Shown piece by piece: positions 17,403 to 29,109 of a stretch of DNA of 48,605 nt. Source of the stretch: Bacteroidota bacterium (GTDB taxonomy: Bacteria > Bacteroidota > Bacteroidia > Chitinophagales > Chitinophagaceae); NCBI GenBank assembly GCA_004292575.1, contig RDXD01000382.1, positions 1-48,605 on the forward strand, read 5' to 3'. The notes beneath the pieces are model-generated. The model searched no databases and was not told the origin of the DNA. It worked only from the letters and a program-made list of their open reading frames with translations. Position numbers and translations under genes: made by a program. Within the stretch, counting starts at the first letter, position 1. The number at the start of each line of letters is the position of its first letter.

Positions 17403-20400
17403 ATGAAAAAAGCAATTTTATTGATGTTGGTGCTCTACTCAGCCATGAGCGGGTTTGCCCAAAAGGCCATTACAGGCACGGTAACCGATGACGCTGGAGC
17501 AGCCTTACTGGGGGTAACCGTAGGTGTTAAAGGAACAAAAGTGGGCACCTCAACCGACAAAGATGGAAAGTACAAAATAACTGTACCTGCCACTGGAAAA
17601 ATTCTTGTTTACACTTACGTGGGCATGGTGTCGCAAGAAGTGCCTGTTGCTGACAAGTCGGTTATTAATGTGCAACTTTTAAGTGTGCCTTCTACGCTAG
17701 AAGATGTGGTGGCAATAGGTTATGGAACGGTAAGAAAAAAAGACTTGACTGGCTCTGTTTCTGTGGTGCGGGCAAAAGACCTTGAACAAGCACAAGCTAC
17801 GGAGTGGTTGCAGGCGCTTCAAGGGCGAGCACCCGGTGTAAACATTACGTCCGAATCGGGAGAGCCCGGAAGTGGCATTAACATACAGATTAGAGGCGCC
17901 AACTCAATTGTAGGAAGTTCGTCACCATTGTTTGTGGTTGACGGCGTGCAGATGGATATGAACCCTGGTGAAGTGGCTTCTACCAATTCAACGCAAAGCA
18001 CCATGAATCCTATGTCGATGTTCAACCCAAGCGATATTGAATCCATTGAGGTACTCAAGGATGCGTCCGCAACTGCTATTTATGGGTCGCGGGGTGCAAA
18101 TGGCGTTATCATCATCACCACTAAGGGCGGTAAAGCAGGCACTTCCATTTTGGAATACAGTGGTTCTCTTGGTTTTTCGCAAGCGGCCGGAAGAGTGGAT
18201 GTGCTTGGCGCCAGCGATTATCTTACTTATGCGGCTTTAAGAGGCGGCAACGACCCATTTTTGATGATAGACTCAGATGGGAACGGCACCCTTGATGCAC
18301 CGAGAGATTTTTCTAAGGTGCCATCAGCCAATTGGCAAGATTTAGCCATGCGGACTGCCATGACCAACAACCACAGTCTTAGTGCTAGCGGAGGCAATGC
18401 AAAAACCAACTACTCGGCCGGCCTAGGCGTAATGCTTCAGCAGGGGCTGCTAATAAACAATGGCTTTGACAGGTACAACCTCAGACTGCGTGTTGACCAC
18501 AAGCATTCGGACAAGTTAAAGTTTGGGGTTAACCTTAATGGTACAGTAACGAGCAACTACGGTGCAGCAAACAACGGCGGGCCTCAAAGTTTTAATGGTG
18601 TAACCCAACAGTTAATCAACGCCCGGCCTTGGGTACTACGTGCCACCGATGAAGACCTAACCTTGTTCGACCCATTTTCTGAAACCAATGTAACGCCAAT
18701 GGATTTGCTTACAGAAGCTTACAAGAATACGCGTATGATGAGGGTTGTGGGTAGTGCTAATTTGAGTTATAAAATCTTAAAGAACCTAACTTATACTGGC
18801 CTAATTGCCGGCAATTATTCTAACTCTAAATTGCAGGAATTTTACAATAACCAAACCAGCTGGGGTAATTTTTATAATGGTTTGGCAGGTATTTCGCAGG
18901 TAGAAACTTACTCGTACAATCACTCGTCGCAATTAAATTATATACTCAACAAAAAAGGCCACAACTTGAATGTGCTCGGAGCCTTTGAAGCATTTAGTTA
19001 CAACAACGAATCATTCATCAACAGAATTGCAAATTTTGCAGATCAGTCAACCGGTGTAAACGATCTAAGAAAAGGGGCCAGCCAGCTCGAATACAGCTCA
19101 AATAGAGTTGGAAACAACCGCCTGTCTTATTTAGGCAGGGTTAATTACGGTTTCAAAAACAGATACCTGCTTACTGCTAGCCTGCGGGCAGATGGATCGG
19201 ACAAATTTGGTCCGGGTAAGCGGTGGGCATATTTCCCTGCTTATGCGTTCTCGTGGCGGATTTCAAACGAAAAGTTTATGAAGAATGTTCGCCGCATTAG
19301 CGACCTAAAGTTTCGCTTGAGCTATGGCAAAACAGGAAACGAGGGCATACCGCCCTATAGTTACTTCTCGCAGCTGCAAAACACATTTTCTGCCAGCAAT
19401 AATTCAGTTTTGTTCGGCATGTCGCCTTCAACGCTGGCCAATCCTAATCTACAGTGGGAAACCACCTCGCAATACAATATTGGTGCCGATATTGGTTTGC
19501 TTAACAATAGGTTGAACTTTACGGTCGATTATTATATCAAACGCACCAGAGATATGTTGTTGAATGCGCCGGTTTCGGCCCAAAGCGGGTTTTTTAACCA
19601 ATGGTTGAATATCGGTGCAATTGACAATTCGGGTCTTGAGTTGATGGTGTCATCAATTAATATTGATAAAAAAGATTTCAAATGGGAATCGAGCTTTAAC
19701 ATCAGCTTTAACAATAACAGCGTGTTGGATATTGGAGGTGCCCCCTTTATGCCCGTTACAGTGGGTGGAAGCTGGATTCAAAATGCAGCTCGGGTAGTTG
19801 TAGGCCAACCCATTGGCGCCATGTTCGGGTACAAGTTTGCCGGCATTTATCAATTATCGGATTTTACGTGGCAAAACAACAGCGACCCCACTATACCCGC
19901 AGCCAGCAGGGTTTATGTATTAAACCCCGATCAGCCGCGGCTTATAGGCGGTGTGGCACGGCCCGGCACCTTGAGATATACCGATATTAGTGGCCCGCGC
20001 GGCACGCCTGATGGTCAAATCGACGACCAGTACGACAGGGCGGTAATTGGCAATTCAACGCCTATTCATTTTGGTGGATTTAACAATACGCTACAGTACA
20101 AGAACTTTGATTTAAATGTTTTCTTTCAGTGGAGTTTTGGTAATGAAATTTTTAATGAATCTAAGCTGCGGGAACAGGGTTATCAGCCTCAGTTTAATGT
20201 AACCTATGATTACTATAACAATTATTGGTCGGAAACAAACCCGACCAACAAATACCCTGGTCTAGGTCAAATTCCCATTACCCCGTCGTCATATTTCGTA
20301 GAAGACGGTTCCTTCTTAAGGTTTAAAACGCTTGGCTTGGGCTATAATTTGCCCAAAAAAGCATTGCAAAAACTTGGCCGCGCGTTGGTGCGCTTTAATG

Positions 20401-20546
20401 TTACAGCAACCAATCTTATTACATGGACAAATTATTCAGGTTTGGACCCCGAGATTAACTCGTTAAACCCACTTTTTAGAGGGTTAGACAGGTTTGCATA
20501 TCCACGTCCTAGAACAATAGCACTTGGGGTAAACGTACGCTTCTAA
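17403..20546 (+). CDS. susC: SusC/RagA TonB-dependent transporter
   Basis: Carboxypeptidase-like N-domain, VVAIGYGTVRKKDLTGSV, DIESIEVLKDASATAIYGSRGANGVIIITTK, NPNLQWET, terminal YPRPRTIALGVNVRF. Confidence 0.97.
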   Translation: MKKAILLMLVLYSAMSGFAQKAITGTVTDDAGAALLGVTVGVKGTKVGTSTDKDGKYKITVPATGKILVYTYVGMVSQEVPVADKSVINVQLLSVPSTLEDVVAIGYGTVRKKDLTGSVSVVRAKDLEQAQATEWLQALQGRAPGVNITSESGEPGSGINIQIRGANSIVGSSSPLFVVDGVQMDMNPGEVASTNSTQSTMNPMSMFNPSDIESIEVLKDASATAIYGSRGANGVIIITTKGGKAGTSILEYSGSLGFSQAAGRVDVLGASDYLTYAALRGGNDPFLMIDSDGNGTLDAPRDFSKVPSANWQDLAMRTAMTNNHSLSASGGNAKTNYSAGLGVMLQQGLLINNGFDRYNLRLRVDHKHSDKLKFGVNLNGTVTSNYGAANNGGPQSFNGVTQQLINARPWVLRATDEDLTLFDPFSETNVTPMDLLTEAYKNTRMMRVVGSANLSYKILKNLTYTGLIAGNYSNSKLQEFYNNQTSWGNFYNGLAGISQVETYSYNHSSQLNYILNKKGHNLNVLGAFEAFSYNNESFINRIANFADQSTGVNDLRKGASQLEYSSNRVGNNRLSYLGRVNYGFKNRYLLTASLRADGSDKFGPGKRWAYFPAYAFSWRISNEKFMKNVRRISDLKFRLSYGKTGNEGIPPYSYFSQLQNTFSASNNSVLFGMSPSTLANPNLQWETTSQYNIGADIGLLNNRLNFTVDYYIKRTRDMLLNAPVSAQSGFFNQWLNIGAIDNSGLELMVSSINIDKKDFKWESSFNISFNNNSVLDIGGAPFMPVTVGGSWIQNAARVVVGQPIGAMFGYKFAGIYQLSDFTWQNNSDPTIPAASRVYVLNPDQPRLIGGVARPGTLRYTDISGPRGTPDGQIDDQYDRAVIGNSTPIHFGGFNNTLQYKNFDLNVFFQWSFGNEIFNESKLREQGYQPQFNVTYDYYNNYWSETNPTNKYPGLGQIPITPSSYFVEDGSFLRFKTLGLGYNLPKKALQKLGRALVRFNVTATNLITWTNYSGLDPEINSLNPLFRGLDRFAYPRPRTIALGVNVRF

Positions 20547-20566
20547 ACAAATTAAAAAATAGCCAA

Positions 20567-22207
20567 ATGAAAAAGTTACTATTTGTTTTCATCTGTTCTG
20601 CATTTATTACACTTACAGCCTGCAATAAGTTTCTTGATGCCGTGCCGTATTCGATTACCACGACAGAGAATTTTTATAAAACGGCTGCTGAGGCCGAGAT
20701 TGCCCTCAACGGCGTGTACAACGTTTTAAATGCGCGAAATGTGCAGGGCCAGGGTAATGTTTCCACCTTTGCCCGCGATTTAACTTGTGCTATGAATGGT
20801 GCCACCGATGAAGTTGTTATTCAGCCGTCGTATAATGATGTTTTTTTGGCTCCTTTTGGCAGGGCAGGTTTTTCAAGCGATAACCTAGCGCTTAACAATG
20901 TTTGGTTCTTCTTTTATGCGGGCATAAACAGGGCCAACTTTTTGTTGGAAAGGCTAAAGGATATTAACGACTTTAGAGGTGCCAGAAAAGTAGAGGTTGA
21001 GGCAGAGGCAAAGTTGCTTCGTGGTTTTTATCACATGTATCTTTCTATGATGCACGGCGGCATACCTGTTTACGACACTGCTGTTCATGACCCCCAAAAG
21101 CCAAGGCAGTCTATACAAGAGGTTTATACACAGGTAATTGCTGATTATGAGTTTGCATTTAATAATTTGCCGCAACGGGCCTCGATTACTGGGCGTGTAA
21201 ACAAGTGGACAGCCGCTGGCTTGCTGGCCAAAGCACACACTTATTTGGCAAGTGCAAAAACGTCTGGCACACCAAACTTTGGATTAGACTTGAACAGTTT
21301 TGCTTGGGTGGACGCCAATAGTTCTTACCAAAAAGCATTGACGTACACCTCACAAATTATTCAAAGCGGTGGCTATAGACTTACTGCTAGTTATGATCAC
21401 CTGTTTAGAGAGGCAGCAAAAGCAGAGCAATATCAAGAAAGTTTGCTTACTGCCGAAGCGGCAAACTCATCGGGTATGGAGGCCATAAATATGATTGTAA
21501 ATGGCTGGTGCCCGCAAGGGAATGTTAATAATTTTGGAGGAGGCTACGGGTTTTTTAGGCCTACCGGAGAGATTCATCGCAAATATCACACCACTGCCGA
21601 TGTAAGGTTTAATCATAACCTCACCAGTAATTTTTCGGGCAATCCGCCGGTGGAGACAGTTTTGGGTGTAAGATATTATGTGCCCAGCGTACTGCCATCT
21701 AACAATACAAACCCTAACGTGGCCGGCTTTAGTATGGGTAAATTTCGTGCTATGGATCCCAAGCTTAGAAACATGATTGGCTGGGCAAACAGCATTAACA
21801 TTTCGCTGCTGAGGTACGCCGATATTCTTTTGTTGCACGCGGAAGCTCAATTCTTCACAGGTAATGAGGCTGGTGCCAGGGCTACACTTTCACAATTAAG
21901 AGAAAGGGCATTGAGAACCGGAAGCAATATAAGTGTTTTGAACACTGCCTATTTTAGGGCAGACTTTGTAACTGAACTATTAGACGAAAGATCTAGGGAA
22001 CTCTGTTTCGAACAATGGAGAAGGATTGACCTCGCCCGTTTTAACCGGTATAGCCAGACCATTGCAGACATGAGTACTACTGTTGGATTTTATAATCCTA
22101 TAGTGGCCACCATCAAGCAAAACTGGATACCTGAAAGAATTTGGTTCCCAATACCGTTGGCGCAAATTGATTTAAACCAAAATCTGAAGCAGAATCCAGG
22201 ATTTTAG
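20567..22207 (+). CDS. susD: SusD/RagB surface glycan-binding lipoprotein
   Basis: Lipobox LTAC; YAGINRAN, EAKLLRGFY, LRYADILLLHAEA, ERSRELCFEQWRRIDLAR, PIPLAQIDLNQNLKQNPGF. Confidence 0.96.
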   Translation: MKKLLFVFICSAFITLTACNKFLDAVPYSITTTENFYKTAAEAEIALNGVYNVLNARNVQGQGNVSTFARDLTCAMNGATDEVVIQPSYNDVFLAPFGRAGFSSDNLALNNVWFFFYAGINRANFLLERLKDINDFRGARKVEVEAEAKLLRGFYHMYLSMMHGGIPVYDTAVHDPQKPRQSIQEVYTQVIADYEFAFNNLPQRASITGRVNKWTAAGLLAKAHTYLASAKTSGTPNFGLDLNSFAWVDANSSYQKALTYTSQIIQSGGYRLTASYDHLFREAAKAEQYQESLLTAEAANSSGMEAINMIVNGWCPQGNVNNFGGGYGFFRPTGEIHRKYHTTADVRFNHNLTSNFSGNPPVETVLGVRYYVPSVLPSNNTNPNVAGFSMGKFRAMDPKLRNMIGWANSINISLLRYADILLLHAEAQFFTGNEAGARATLSQLRERALRTGSNISVLNTAYFRADFVTELLDERSRELCFEQWRRIDLARFNRYSQTIADMSTTVGFYNPIVATIKQNWIPERIWFPIPLAQIDLNQNLKQNPGF

Positions 22208-22254
22208 TTAATAAACTACTTGAGTATATCTTCATTGCAATTCAAAATTTATAA

Positions 22255-23862
22255 ATGAAAGGAATTATAGCGGGCTCGGCACTTTCGGTGGCATTATTTG
22301 CGGTGGATATGCGCGTAAGCGCGCAGATGCAGGCCGCACGCCCTAATATTCTTTTTGTAATTGCCGACGATGCCTCTTGGGCAAGTTTTAGCGCATACGG
22401 TTGTAGCTGGATAAGTACACCTGCATTTGATAGGGTTGCTAAAGAGGGCGTTCTTTTTTCTAATGCTTATACTCCCAATGCCAAGTGTGCGCCTTCGCGG
22501 GCATGTGTATTAACCGGCAGAAACAGTTGGCAACTGGAAGAAGCAGGTAATCATTCTGCTTTTTTTCCCGCAAAGTTCAAAACTTACCCCGAGGCGCTTG
22601 GAGAGCATGGCTATTTTGTTGGTAGTGTGGCAAAAGGATGGTTGCCGGGCGATGCCGGTAAGATAAACGGAAAGCCGCGTGACCTTGCCGGTAAAAAGTA
22701 CAATGCTATAAAAACTACACCACCCACCACCGCAATTTCTGATGTGGATTATGCTGCCAACTTTGAAGTTTTTCTGAAGGAAAAGCCCAAAGACAAGCCA
22801 TTTTGTTTTTGGGTTGGTAGCAACGAGCCGCACAGAAGTTACGAGTATGGGTCTGGTATAAAAAAAGGTGGCATGAATCCGGGCAATATTCGGGAGGTGC
22901 CCGCTTTTTGGCCAGATGTGGATACGGTAAGAACCGACATGCTCGACTATGCCTATGAGGTGGAATATTTTGACAAGCAGCTGGAAAAGATACTCAAAAA
23001 GTTAGAAGACCTTGGGGAGTTAAACAACACCATTGTAATAGTTACCTCTGACAATGGCATGCCTTTTCCCCGGATGAAAGGACATGAATATGAGTATTCT
23101 AACCACATGCCCTTGGCGGTTATGTGGCCAAAGGGCATTAAAAAGCCCGGCCGGGTAGTTAGCGATTATGTGAACTTTACTGATTTTGCGCCTACCTTTT
23201 TAGAACTCGCTGGCCTTACGGCAAGCAAGACTGGTATGCAGGCGTTTGCGGGCAAAAGTCTTACAGATATACTGTACTCAGATAAAGCAGGAACTGTAAA
23301 CCCGCAACGGAATTTTGTACTGATTGGCCAAGAACGCCACGACGTTGGCCGACCAAATGATGAAGGCTATCCTATACGGGGCATTGTAAAGGATGGCTAC
23401 TTGTATTTACGTAATTTTAAGACCGACCGGTGGCCTTCGGGCAATCCAGAAACAGGATACTTAAATACCGATGGAAGCCCAACCAAAACTTATATTTTAA
23501 ACGCAAGGCGCTACAACGGACATTGGGAATACTGGCAGATGAATTTTGGCAAACGTGGTGCCGAGGAACTGTACGATTTGGGCAAAGATCCATTTTGCAT
23601 GAGTAATCTGTCATTTGATAAATCAGTTTCAACGGTGAAGCAAAAGCTAAGTGCTTTTATGGTGCAAAAGCTTCAGGAGCAAAAAGACCCGCGCATGTTT
23701 GGTTATGGAGATGTTTTCGATGAATACGAGTACGCAGGAGATTCAAAAAACTTTTATGATCGATTTTTGAAAGGAGAAAAGCCTATAGCAGGCTGGGTAA
23801 GTAAAACCGATGCGGATCTTGATTTGCAAGACAAAAAGCCGATTATAGGTGTTCAAAAGTAA
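22255..23862 (+). CDS. S1 formylglycine-dependent sulfatase (sulfamidase-like)
   Basis: [40 protein letters not shown]; signal peptide. Confidence 0.93.
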   Translation: MKGIIAGSALSVALFAVDMRVSAQMQAARPNILFVIADDASWASFSAYGCSWISTPAFDRVAKEGVLFSNAYTPNAKCAPSRACVLTGRNSWQLEEAGNHSAFFPAKFKTYPEALGEHGYFVGSVAKGWLPGDAGKINGKPRDLAGKKYNAIKTTPPTTAISDVDYAANFEVFLKEKPKDKPFCFWVGSNEPHRSYEYGSGIKKGGMNPGNIREVPAFWPDVDTVRTDMLDYAYEVEYFDKQLEKILKKLEDLGELNNTIVIVTSDNGMPFPRMKGHEYEYSNHMPLAVMWPKGIKKPGRVVSDYVNFTDFAPTFLELAGLTASKTGMQAFAGKSLTDILYSDKAGTVNPQRNFVLIGQERHDVGRPNDEGYPIRGIVKDGYLYLRNFKTDRWPSGNPETGYLNTDGSPTKTYILNARRYNGHWEYWQMNFGKRGAEELYDLGKDPFCMSNLSFDKSVSTVKQKLSAFMVQKLQEQKDPRMFGYGDVFDEYEYAGDSKNFYDRFLKGEKPIAGWVSKTDADLDLQDKKPIIGVQK

Positions 23863-25213
23863 AACGGTATTGGTGAAAACAACTGTAATACATATAATTT
23901 TTTTAGTTACTACACTTGCTATTAGCGCGGGTGGTAAAAGTCAGGTAAAGGCCAAGCCTAATATCATCATCTTTTTTGTAGATGATATGGGCTGGGCCGA
24001 TTGGGGAGCACGCAATTCTGATTTTAATACGCCAAATTTGAATCAGCTAAAAAAGGACGGAATAGAATTTACACGCGCTTATGTGGCCACGCCTACTTGC
24101 AGCCCAAGCAGGGCATCGCTTTTAACTGGCATGCAACCTGTGCGGTTTTTAATGCCACGCCATGTGGCTGATGCCGGTGCAAAAAATGCAAAAGAAGAAT
24201 TCAATTATTGGCCCACAGATCCGGCAAAAATGCCGTCGCGAAATTGGTTGCCTTTAGAGCAAATAACTTATGCCGAACGGCTAAAAGAATTTGGCTATTA
24301 CAATCAGTTTATTGGTAAATGGCATTTGGGAGAAGAGGCTTACTATCCAACACATCAGGGATTTGATGATGCCATAGGTGTTACACCATTTGGCCAACCC
24401 GGCAGTTATTATCCGCCATATTGGAAAAGAGAGAATCCATTTCCTGAAGCCAAGGACGAATATCTTTCAGATTTGTTAACCAATAAGGCGGTTGATTTTA
24501 TAAAAGGCTATAACAAGAACAAACCTTTTCAACTGTCATTTTATCACTATGGTGTACATAGCCCAATTATTGGCAAAAAGGAGTTGATAGCACAATACAA
24601 GGCCAAAGGGTGGGAGGAGAAGTATGCAGAGTATGGCTCAATGGTTACTTCGGTCGATCAATCTTTGGGCAAGCTGCGCAAAGCGCTTAGGGAAAAGGGA
24701 ATTGCCAATAATACCATCATCATTTTCACCTCCGATCAAGGAGGGTATTTCTCCAACTTTCCATTAAGGGGCATGAAACTGGGCGGAAATACCTTGGGCG
24801 AAGGTGGCGCAAGAGTTCCTTTTCTAATGTGCTGGCCTGGGCAAGCTAAACCAGGCTCGGTGTGTAATGTGCCTGTTCAAACACTCGATGTGTACCCCAC
24901 GTTGGTTGAAGCGGCTTCGGGTAAGCCCTGTACCGATGCGCACATACAGGGCAAAAGTATGATTCCCCATTTGAAGGGTGGAAAACTGGAGGATAGGAAG
25001 CTTTATTTCTATCGGGCGTATGAGGACCAATATGCCGCCATTATTGATGGAGACTGGAAGCTAATAAAGTACCGCAAGGGAGATTCGGAATTGTACAACA
25101 TTAAAAAAGATAGCGGAGAGGTGAGTAACCTGATTTACAACCACCCCACCATGGCTAAAAAGTTAATGGATGATTTGAACGAGTGGGAAAAAACAGCTGT
25201 ACCAAAGTATTAA
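23849..25213 (+). CDS. S1 sulfatase
   Basis: [35 protein letters not shown]. The start may be the GTG at 23873. Confidence 0.93.
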   Translation: MFKSKTVLVKTTVIHIIFLVTTLAISAGGKSQVKAKPNIIIFFVDDMGWADWGARNSDFNTPNLNQLKKDGIEFTRAYVATPTCSPSRASLLTGMQPVRFLMPRHVADAGAKNAKEEFNYWPTDPAKMPSRNWLPLEQITYAERLKEFGYYNQFIGKWHLGEEAYYPTHQGFDDAIGVTPFGQPGSYYPPYWKRENPFPEAKDEYLSDLLTNKAVDFIKGYNKNKPFQLSFYHYGVHSPIIGKKELIAQYKAKGWEEKYAEYGSMVTSVDQSLGKLRKALREKGIANNTIIIFTSDQGGYFSNFPLRGMKLGGNTLGEGGARVPFLMCWPGQAKPGSVCNVPVQTLDVYPTLVEAASGKPCTDAHIQGKSMIPHLKGGKLEDRKLYFYRAYEDQYAAIIDGDWKLIKYRKGDSELYNIKKDSGEVSNLIYNHPTMAKKLMDDLNEWEKTAVPKY

Positions 25214-25231
25214 AATAAACTGGTCGAAAAC

Positions 25232-26755
25232 ATGACAAATAAATCGATATTAATATTTTCAATTTTAATGATTTGGTTTTTAGGTGCTGCCTCACAAGTA
25301 TCTACTAAAAAGCCGAACATTATACTCGTCTATATTGATGACTTGGGGTATGGCGATGTAAGTTGCTATGGTGCAACGGCAGTACAAACGCCCAACATAG
25401 ACCGGCTTGCAGCTGGTGGTTTGCGATTTACCGACGGTCATTGCACAGCAGCCACCTGCACGCCCTCGCGCTACAGCTTGCTTACAGGCAACTATGCATT
25501 CAGAAGTAAAACTGCCATTCTTCCCGGCGATGCCCCTTTATTGTTTAAGCCAGGTACGCCAACCGTTGCTTCTATGTTGCAGCAAAATGGGTATGCAACC
25601 GGCGTTGTTGGCAAGTGGCATTTGGGATTGGGAAACGGTACCATTGATTGGAATGGCACCATTGCACCCGGGCCAGAGGCCATTGGATTTGCCTATTCGT
25701 TTTTAATTCCTGCTACTACCGATAGAGTACCTACGGTATATGTTGAAAACGGTAAAGTACCCAATCTTGATGTGAATGACCCTATTAAAGTGAGCTATAG
25801 CGGAATGATTGGCAATGAGCCAACAGGATTGACGCATCCGCAACTTTTAAAGCAGAAGGCCGATACACAACACAGCAATACCATTCATAATGGCATTAGC
25901 CGTATTGGATACATGACTGGTGGCAAATCGGCAAGATGGATTGATGAAGAAATGCCGATGGTGCTGAATCAGAAGTCAAGAAACTTCATTATTCAGAATA
26001 AAGAAAAGCCGTTCTTCCTATACTATCCCTTCCCTAATATTCACGTGCCAAGAGTACCCAACCAAAAATTTGTTGGTAGTACAAAAATGGGACCCCGCGG
26101 AGATGTAATTGTAGAAATGGATTGGATGGTAGGCGAACTGATGACACTGCTAGATTCGTTAAACCTTGCTGAGAATACACTGGTTATTTTTAGCAGCGAT
26201 AATGGACCGGTATTAGATGATGGCTATGCCGATTTTGCTGAGCAGTTGGTTGGCACGCATAGGCCCGCTGGCAATTATCGCGGAGGCAAGTATAGTGCGT
26301 ATGAAGCTGGCACAAGAGTTCCTACCATTATGTATTGGAAGGGAAAAATTAAGCCAGCTGTAAGTAGTGCATTGGTGTCGCAGATTGATTTTTACAAAAC
26401 TGTAGCCAAGTTAATTAAAGCAGACGTTAAAACTAACGAAGCATCAGATAGTGAAAACCAATTGAAGACTTGGCTTGGGAAAAGTAGAACGGGTAGAACA
26501 TGGTTGCTCGAAGAGTCGTACACGCTATCTCTTAGAAAAAACAATTGGAAATTTATTGCAACGGTTGAAGGCACGGTGCCGGCATGGTTTGCCAACAAAA
26601 AAGTTGAATCTGGATTGTCTAAGAACGTTCAGTTGTATAATCTTGAACAAGATCCGGCGGAGCAGAAAAATGTTGCAGATTTGTACCCTGCTTTGGTTAA
26701 GGAGTTTCAAGACAAGATGACTGCGATTAGGCAATCGCCGCAAAAAAAGCCATAA
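25232..26755 (+). CDS. S1 arylsulfatase-type sulfatase
   Basis: KPNIILVYIDDLGYGD, CTPSRYSLLTG, GKWHLGLG, SSDNGP, RGGKYSAYEAGTRVP. Confidence 0.94.
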   Translation: MTNKSILIFSILMIWFLGAASQVSTKKPNIILVYIDDLGYGDVSCYGATAVQTPNIDRLAAGGLRFTDGHCTAATCTPSRYSLLTGNYAFRSKTAILPGDAPLLFKPGTPTVASMLQQNGYATGVVGKWHLGLGNGTIDWNGTIAPGPEAIGFAYSFLIPATTDRVPTVYVENGKVPNLDVNDPIKVSYSGMIGNEPTGLTHPQLLKQKADTQHSNTIHNGISRIGYMTGGKSARWIDEEMPMVLNQKSRNFIIQNKEKPFFLYYPFPNIHVPRVPNQKFVGSTKMGPRGDVIVEMDWMVGELMTLLDSLNLAENTLVIFSSDNGPVLDDGYADFAEQLVGTHRPAGNYRGGKYSAYEAGTRVPTIMYWKGKIKPAVSSALVSQIDFYKTVAKLIKADVKTNEASDSENQLKTWLGKSRTGRTWLLEESYTLSLRKNNWKFIATVEGTVPAWFANKKVESGLSKNVQLYNLEQDPAEQKNVADLYPALVKEFQDKMTAIRQSPQKKP

Positions 26756-26894
26756 AGAAGAATGGGTTGATGTTTGTGGGCGTGCTTAGTGATGTAGTGA
26801 AGTGGGTAAAAAATTACATAAAGCATAAACAGAGAGAGCAATTTAGTGGAGTAATAAAGTAGAAGATGTTTTGGAACGAATAAATATTTAAGAA

Positions 26895-28613
26895 ATGAAG
26901 AAGATGTTAAATGTGGTCTTGGTGGCAATAATCGTTCTTTTGCATATTGGCACTATAGATAGCTTTGCGCAAATAGACTCAGGAAAGGATTTTGACTTGC
27001 AACGGCATATTAACAGAGAAGTGTCAAAAGGAAAAAAAGAAATACTTGTTCCTCCTGGTAGATACAGGCTAACCCCGAAAGGAAATAGGCATTTATTGCT
27101 GCAGGATTTAAAGGATGTTACCATTTTGGCAAAAGGTGTGGAGTTGATATGTACAGAAACGGTACAAGCTATTAACATCATAAACTGTAAAAACCTGAAG
27201 CTAGTTGGCTTGTCCATAGATTATGACCCGTTGCCATTTACCCAAGGAAAAATAGTTGAAATATCACCGGATAAAACAACTTTAACTGTTGACATTATTG
27301 ACGGATATTCAACGAACTTGCGCAACGAAAAGCTTGAAATTTTTGACCCTGTAACCGCAGAATTGGTTACTCGCACTTATTATGGTGTTACTTACGAGGT
27401 TGACAATCGCAACAGACGAGTGGTGTTTAACAAAAAGACACCCAAGAACGACGCTTTTGCCTTTGAAGATATTGGTGACATCGTAGTATTTGATTCTTAC
27501 AATACCCGATTTGCGCCCCATGCCGTTGTGATGGAAGGTTGTGAAAAGTTGACTTTGGAAAATGTGTGTTTATATGCTGGGCCCACATTTGCTTTTTTTG
27601 AACGGAGTTGTAACGGTTCAAAGTACATAGGTTGCAAAGTTGATCGCAGGCCGCTTGAAACAGATCTTGTTAAACGAGGCGTTAGGAGAATGCGAAGTAA
27701 CAACGCGGATGGTTTCCATTCTAAGTCTGCCCAAATTGGACCATCCTACAGAAATTGTGTGGCCAGATATAATGGAGACGACGGGTTTGCCATAAGTGGC
27801 AATTACCATGTAATAACAGAAACCAATGGTAATTTGCTTACTGTTGTTGGCAAGGCTGGTTTTGAGCCCGATGTTATGGTTGGTGACCCGGTAGAGTTGG
27901 TGTCTTACGACGGCACAAGATTGCCCGACGCAACTGTTAAGTCCATAAAATCCGGCAGGGCATTAAATTTGGCTGAGAAGGTGTTTTTAAGTGCTCAAAA
28001 GCTACTGCGAGAGTCGGGAAAAACCAAGGACGCTGAAAATGTATATGTAATAGAGGTAGATAGAGCAATCAATTTGCCGATGGGTAGCGTGATAGCCTCA
28101 TCTAATAGAGTAGGAAATGGATTCGAAGTGGTGGATTGCATTGCCGGGCCAAACCGCAGCCGAGGAATTATAAGTAAAGCTAGTAATGGAACAATTGCAA
28201 ATAATAGATGTGTCGGTAATTGGGGTATGGCCATCAAGTGTTCTCCCGAGCACCAATGGTTGGAAGCGGGCAGCGGCAATAACCTTACCATAACCAATAA
28301 CACTATTGAAAATTGCCAGGATGTTGGCATTGCGGTTTATGCCATTGGTGGCAACGGAAAAACGGCATCATTGGGGGCCCATAACAATGTAAACATTTCT
28401 GATAATGTGGTGCTTAATTCCCTTAGCCCAGCCTTCGCAATTACTTCAACCACAGGTTTGATTTTTATGAATAACAAAGTAAAAGCGCCGACCATAAAAG
28501 GCCTAGACCCTTCACGTAAACAATTTGGACGAAGTACTGACCCCAACAGGTCGGTTTTTCTGGAGAATGTGACTGTTATAAAAGAAAATTTTGGACTACC
28601 TACTACTAACTAG
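26895..28613 (+). CDS. Divergent GH110-like right-handed beta-helix protein
   Basis: Signal peptide; VPPGRY, SIDYDPLPFTQG, NNADGFH...NGDDGFAISG, NRSRGI, WLEAG follow the GH110 layout but are distant from the other two paralogs. Confidence 0.78.
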   Translation: MKKMLNVVLVAIIVLLHIGTIDSFAQIDSGKDFDLQRHINREVSKGKKEILVPPGRYRLTPKGNRHLLLQDLKDVTILAKGVELICTETVQAINIINCKNLKLVGLSIDYDPLPFTQGKIVEISPDKTTLTVDIIDGYSTNLRNEKLEIFDPVTAELVTRTYYGVTYEVDNRNRRVVFNKKTPKNDAFAFEDIGDIVVFDSYNTRFAPHAVVMEGCEKLTLENVCLYAGPTFAFFERSCNGSKYIGCKVDRRPLETDLVKRGVRRMRSNNADGFHSKSAQIGPSYRNCVARYNGDDGFAISGNYHVITETNGNLLTVVGKAGFEPDVMVGDPVELVSYDGTRLPDATVKSIKSGRALNLAEKVFLSAQKLLRESGKTKDAENVYVIEVDRAINLPMGSVIASSNRVGNGFEVVDCIAGPNRSRGIISKASNGTIANNRCVGNWGMAIKCSPEHQWLEAGSGNNLTITNNTIENCQDVGIAVYAIGGNGKTASLGAHNNVNISDNVVLNSLSPAFAITSTTGLIFMNNKVKAPTIKGLDPSRKQFGRSTDPNRSVFLENVTVIKENFGLPTTN

Positions 28614-28669
28614 CGTAGCCTTTAAGACATCTGTATTAACTTTTTTTTAAACACAAAAAACAAACACAA

Positions 28670-29023
28670 ATGAAAGGTATCTTAATTGTGGCAGCCATGC
28701 TGCTTGCAGGCGTTGTAAACGCACAAACCGACATTCAGAAAAAGAAGGCCGACTTTTATGCCACAGAGGCCGTAGCGTATTTCAAGTTGGATTCAACATT
28801 GAAAAAAGGTATTTCTGAGGCCAAGGCCGACTTAATGGTGGCGCAGAAAGAAATGGAGCGCAAAAAGAAAGAAGGGGAAATACCAGAATCGGAGTTGGAT
28901 GCGTACAGAAAAGCGAATGTGTATCCTTTTACTAAGAAGATTTTAGACTTAATAAACGTTACCTTTAAAGAGCTAAACGTATTCAACGAAATTGTGAATC
29001 CCAAAATGAATCTGATAAAGTGA
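28670..29023 (+). CDS. Small secreted alpha-helical protein of unknown function
   Basis: A-rich translation start, classical signal peptide ending VNA-Q, 117 aa charged and helical. Confidence 0.8.
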   Translation: MKGILIVAAMLLAGVVNAQTDIQKKKADFYATEAVAYFKLDSTLKKGISEAKADLMVAQKEMERKKKEGEIPESELDAYRKANVYPFTKKILDLINVTFKELNVFNEIVNPKMNLIK

Positions 29024-29109
29024 CGCGTAACAGGTTTTTATACCAGTAGCAAAATTACGACCTCGCCCAAGTACTCAAGCGCTTCATTTTAGTTTAACAA
29101 CGTCGCATT

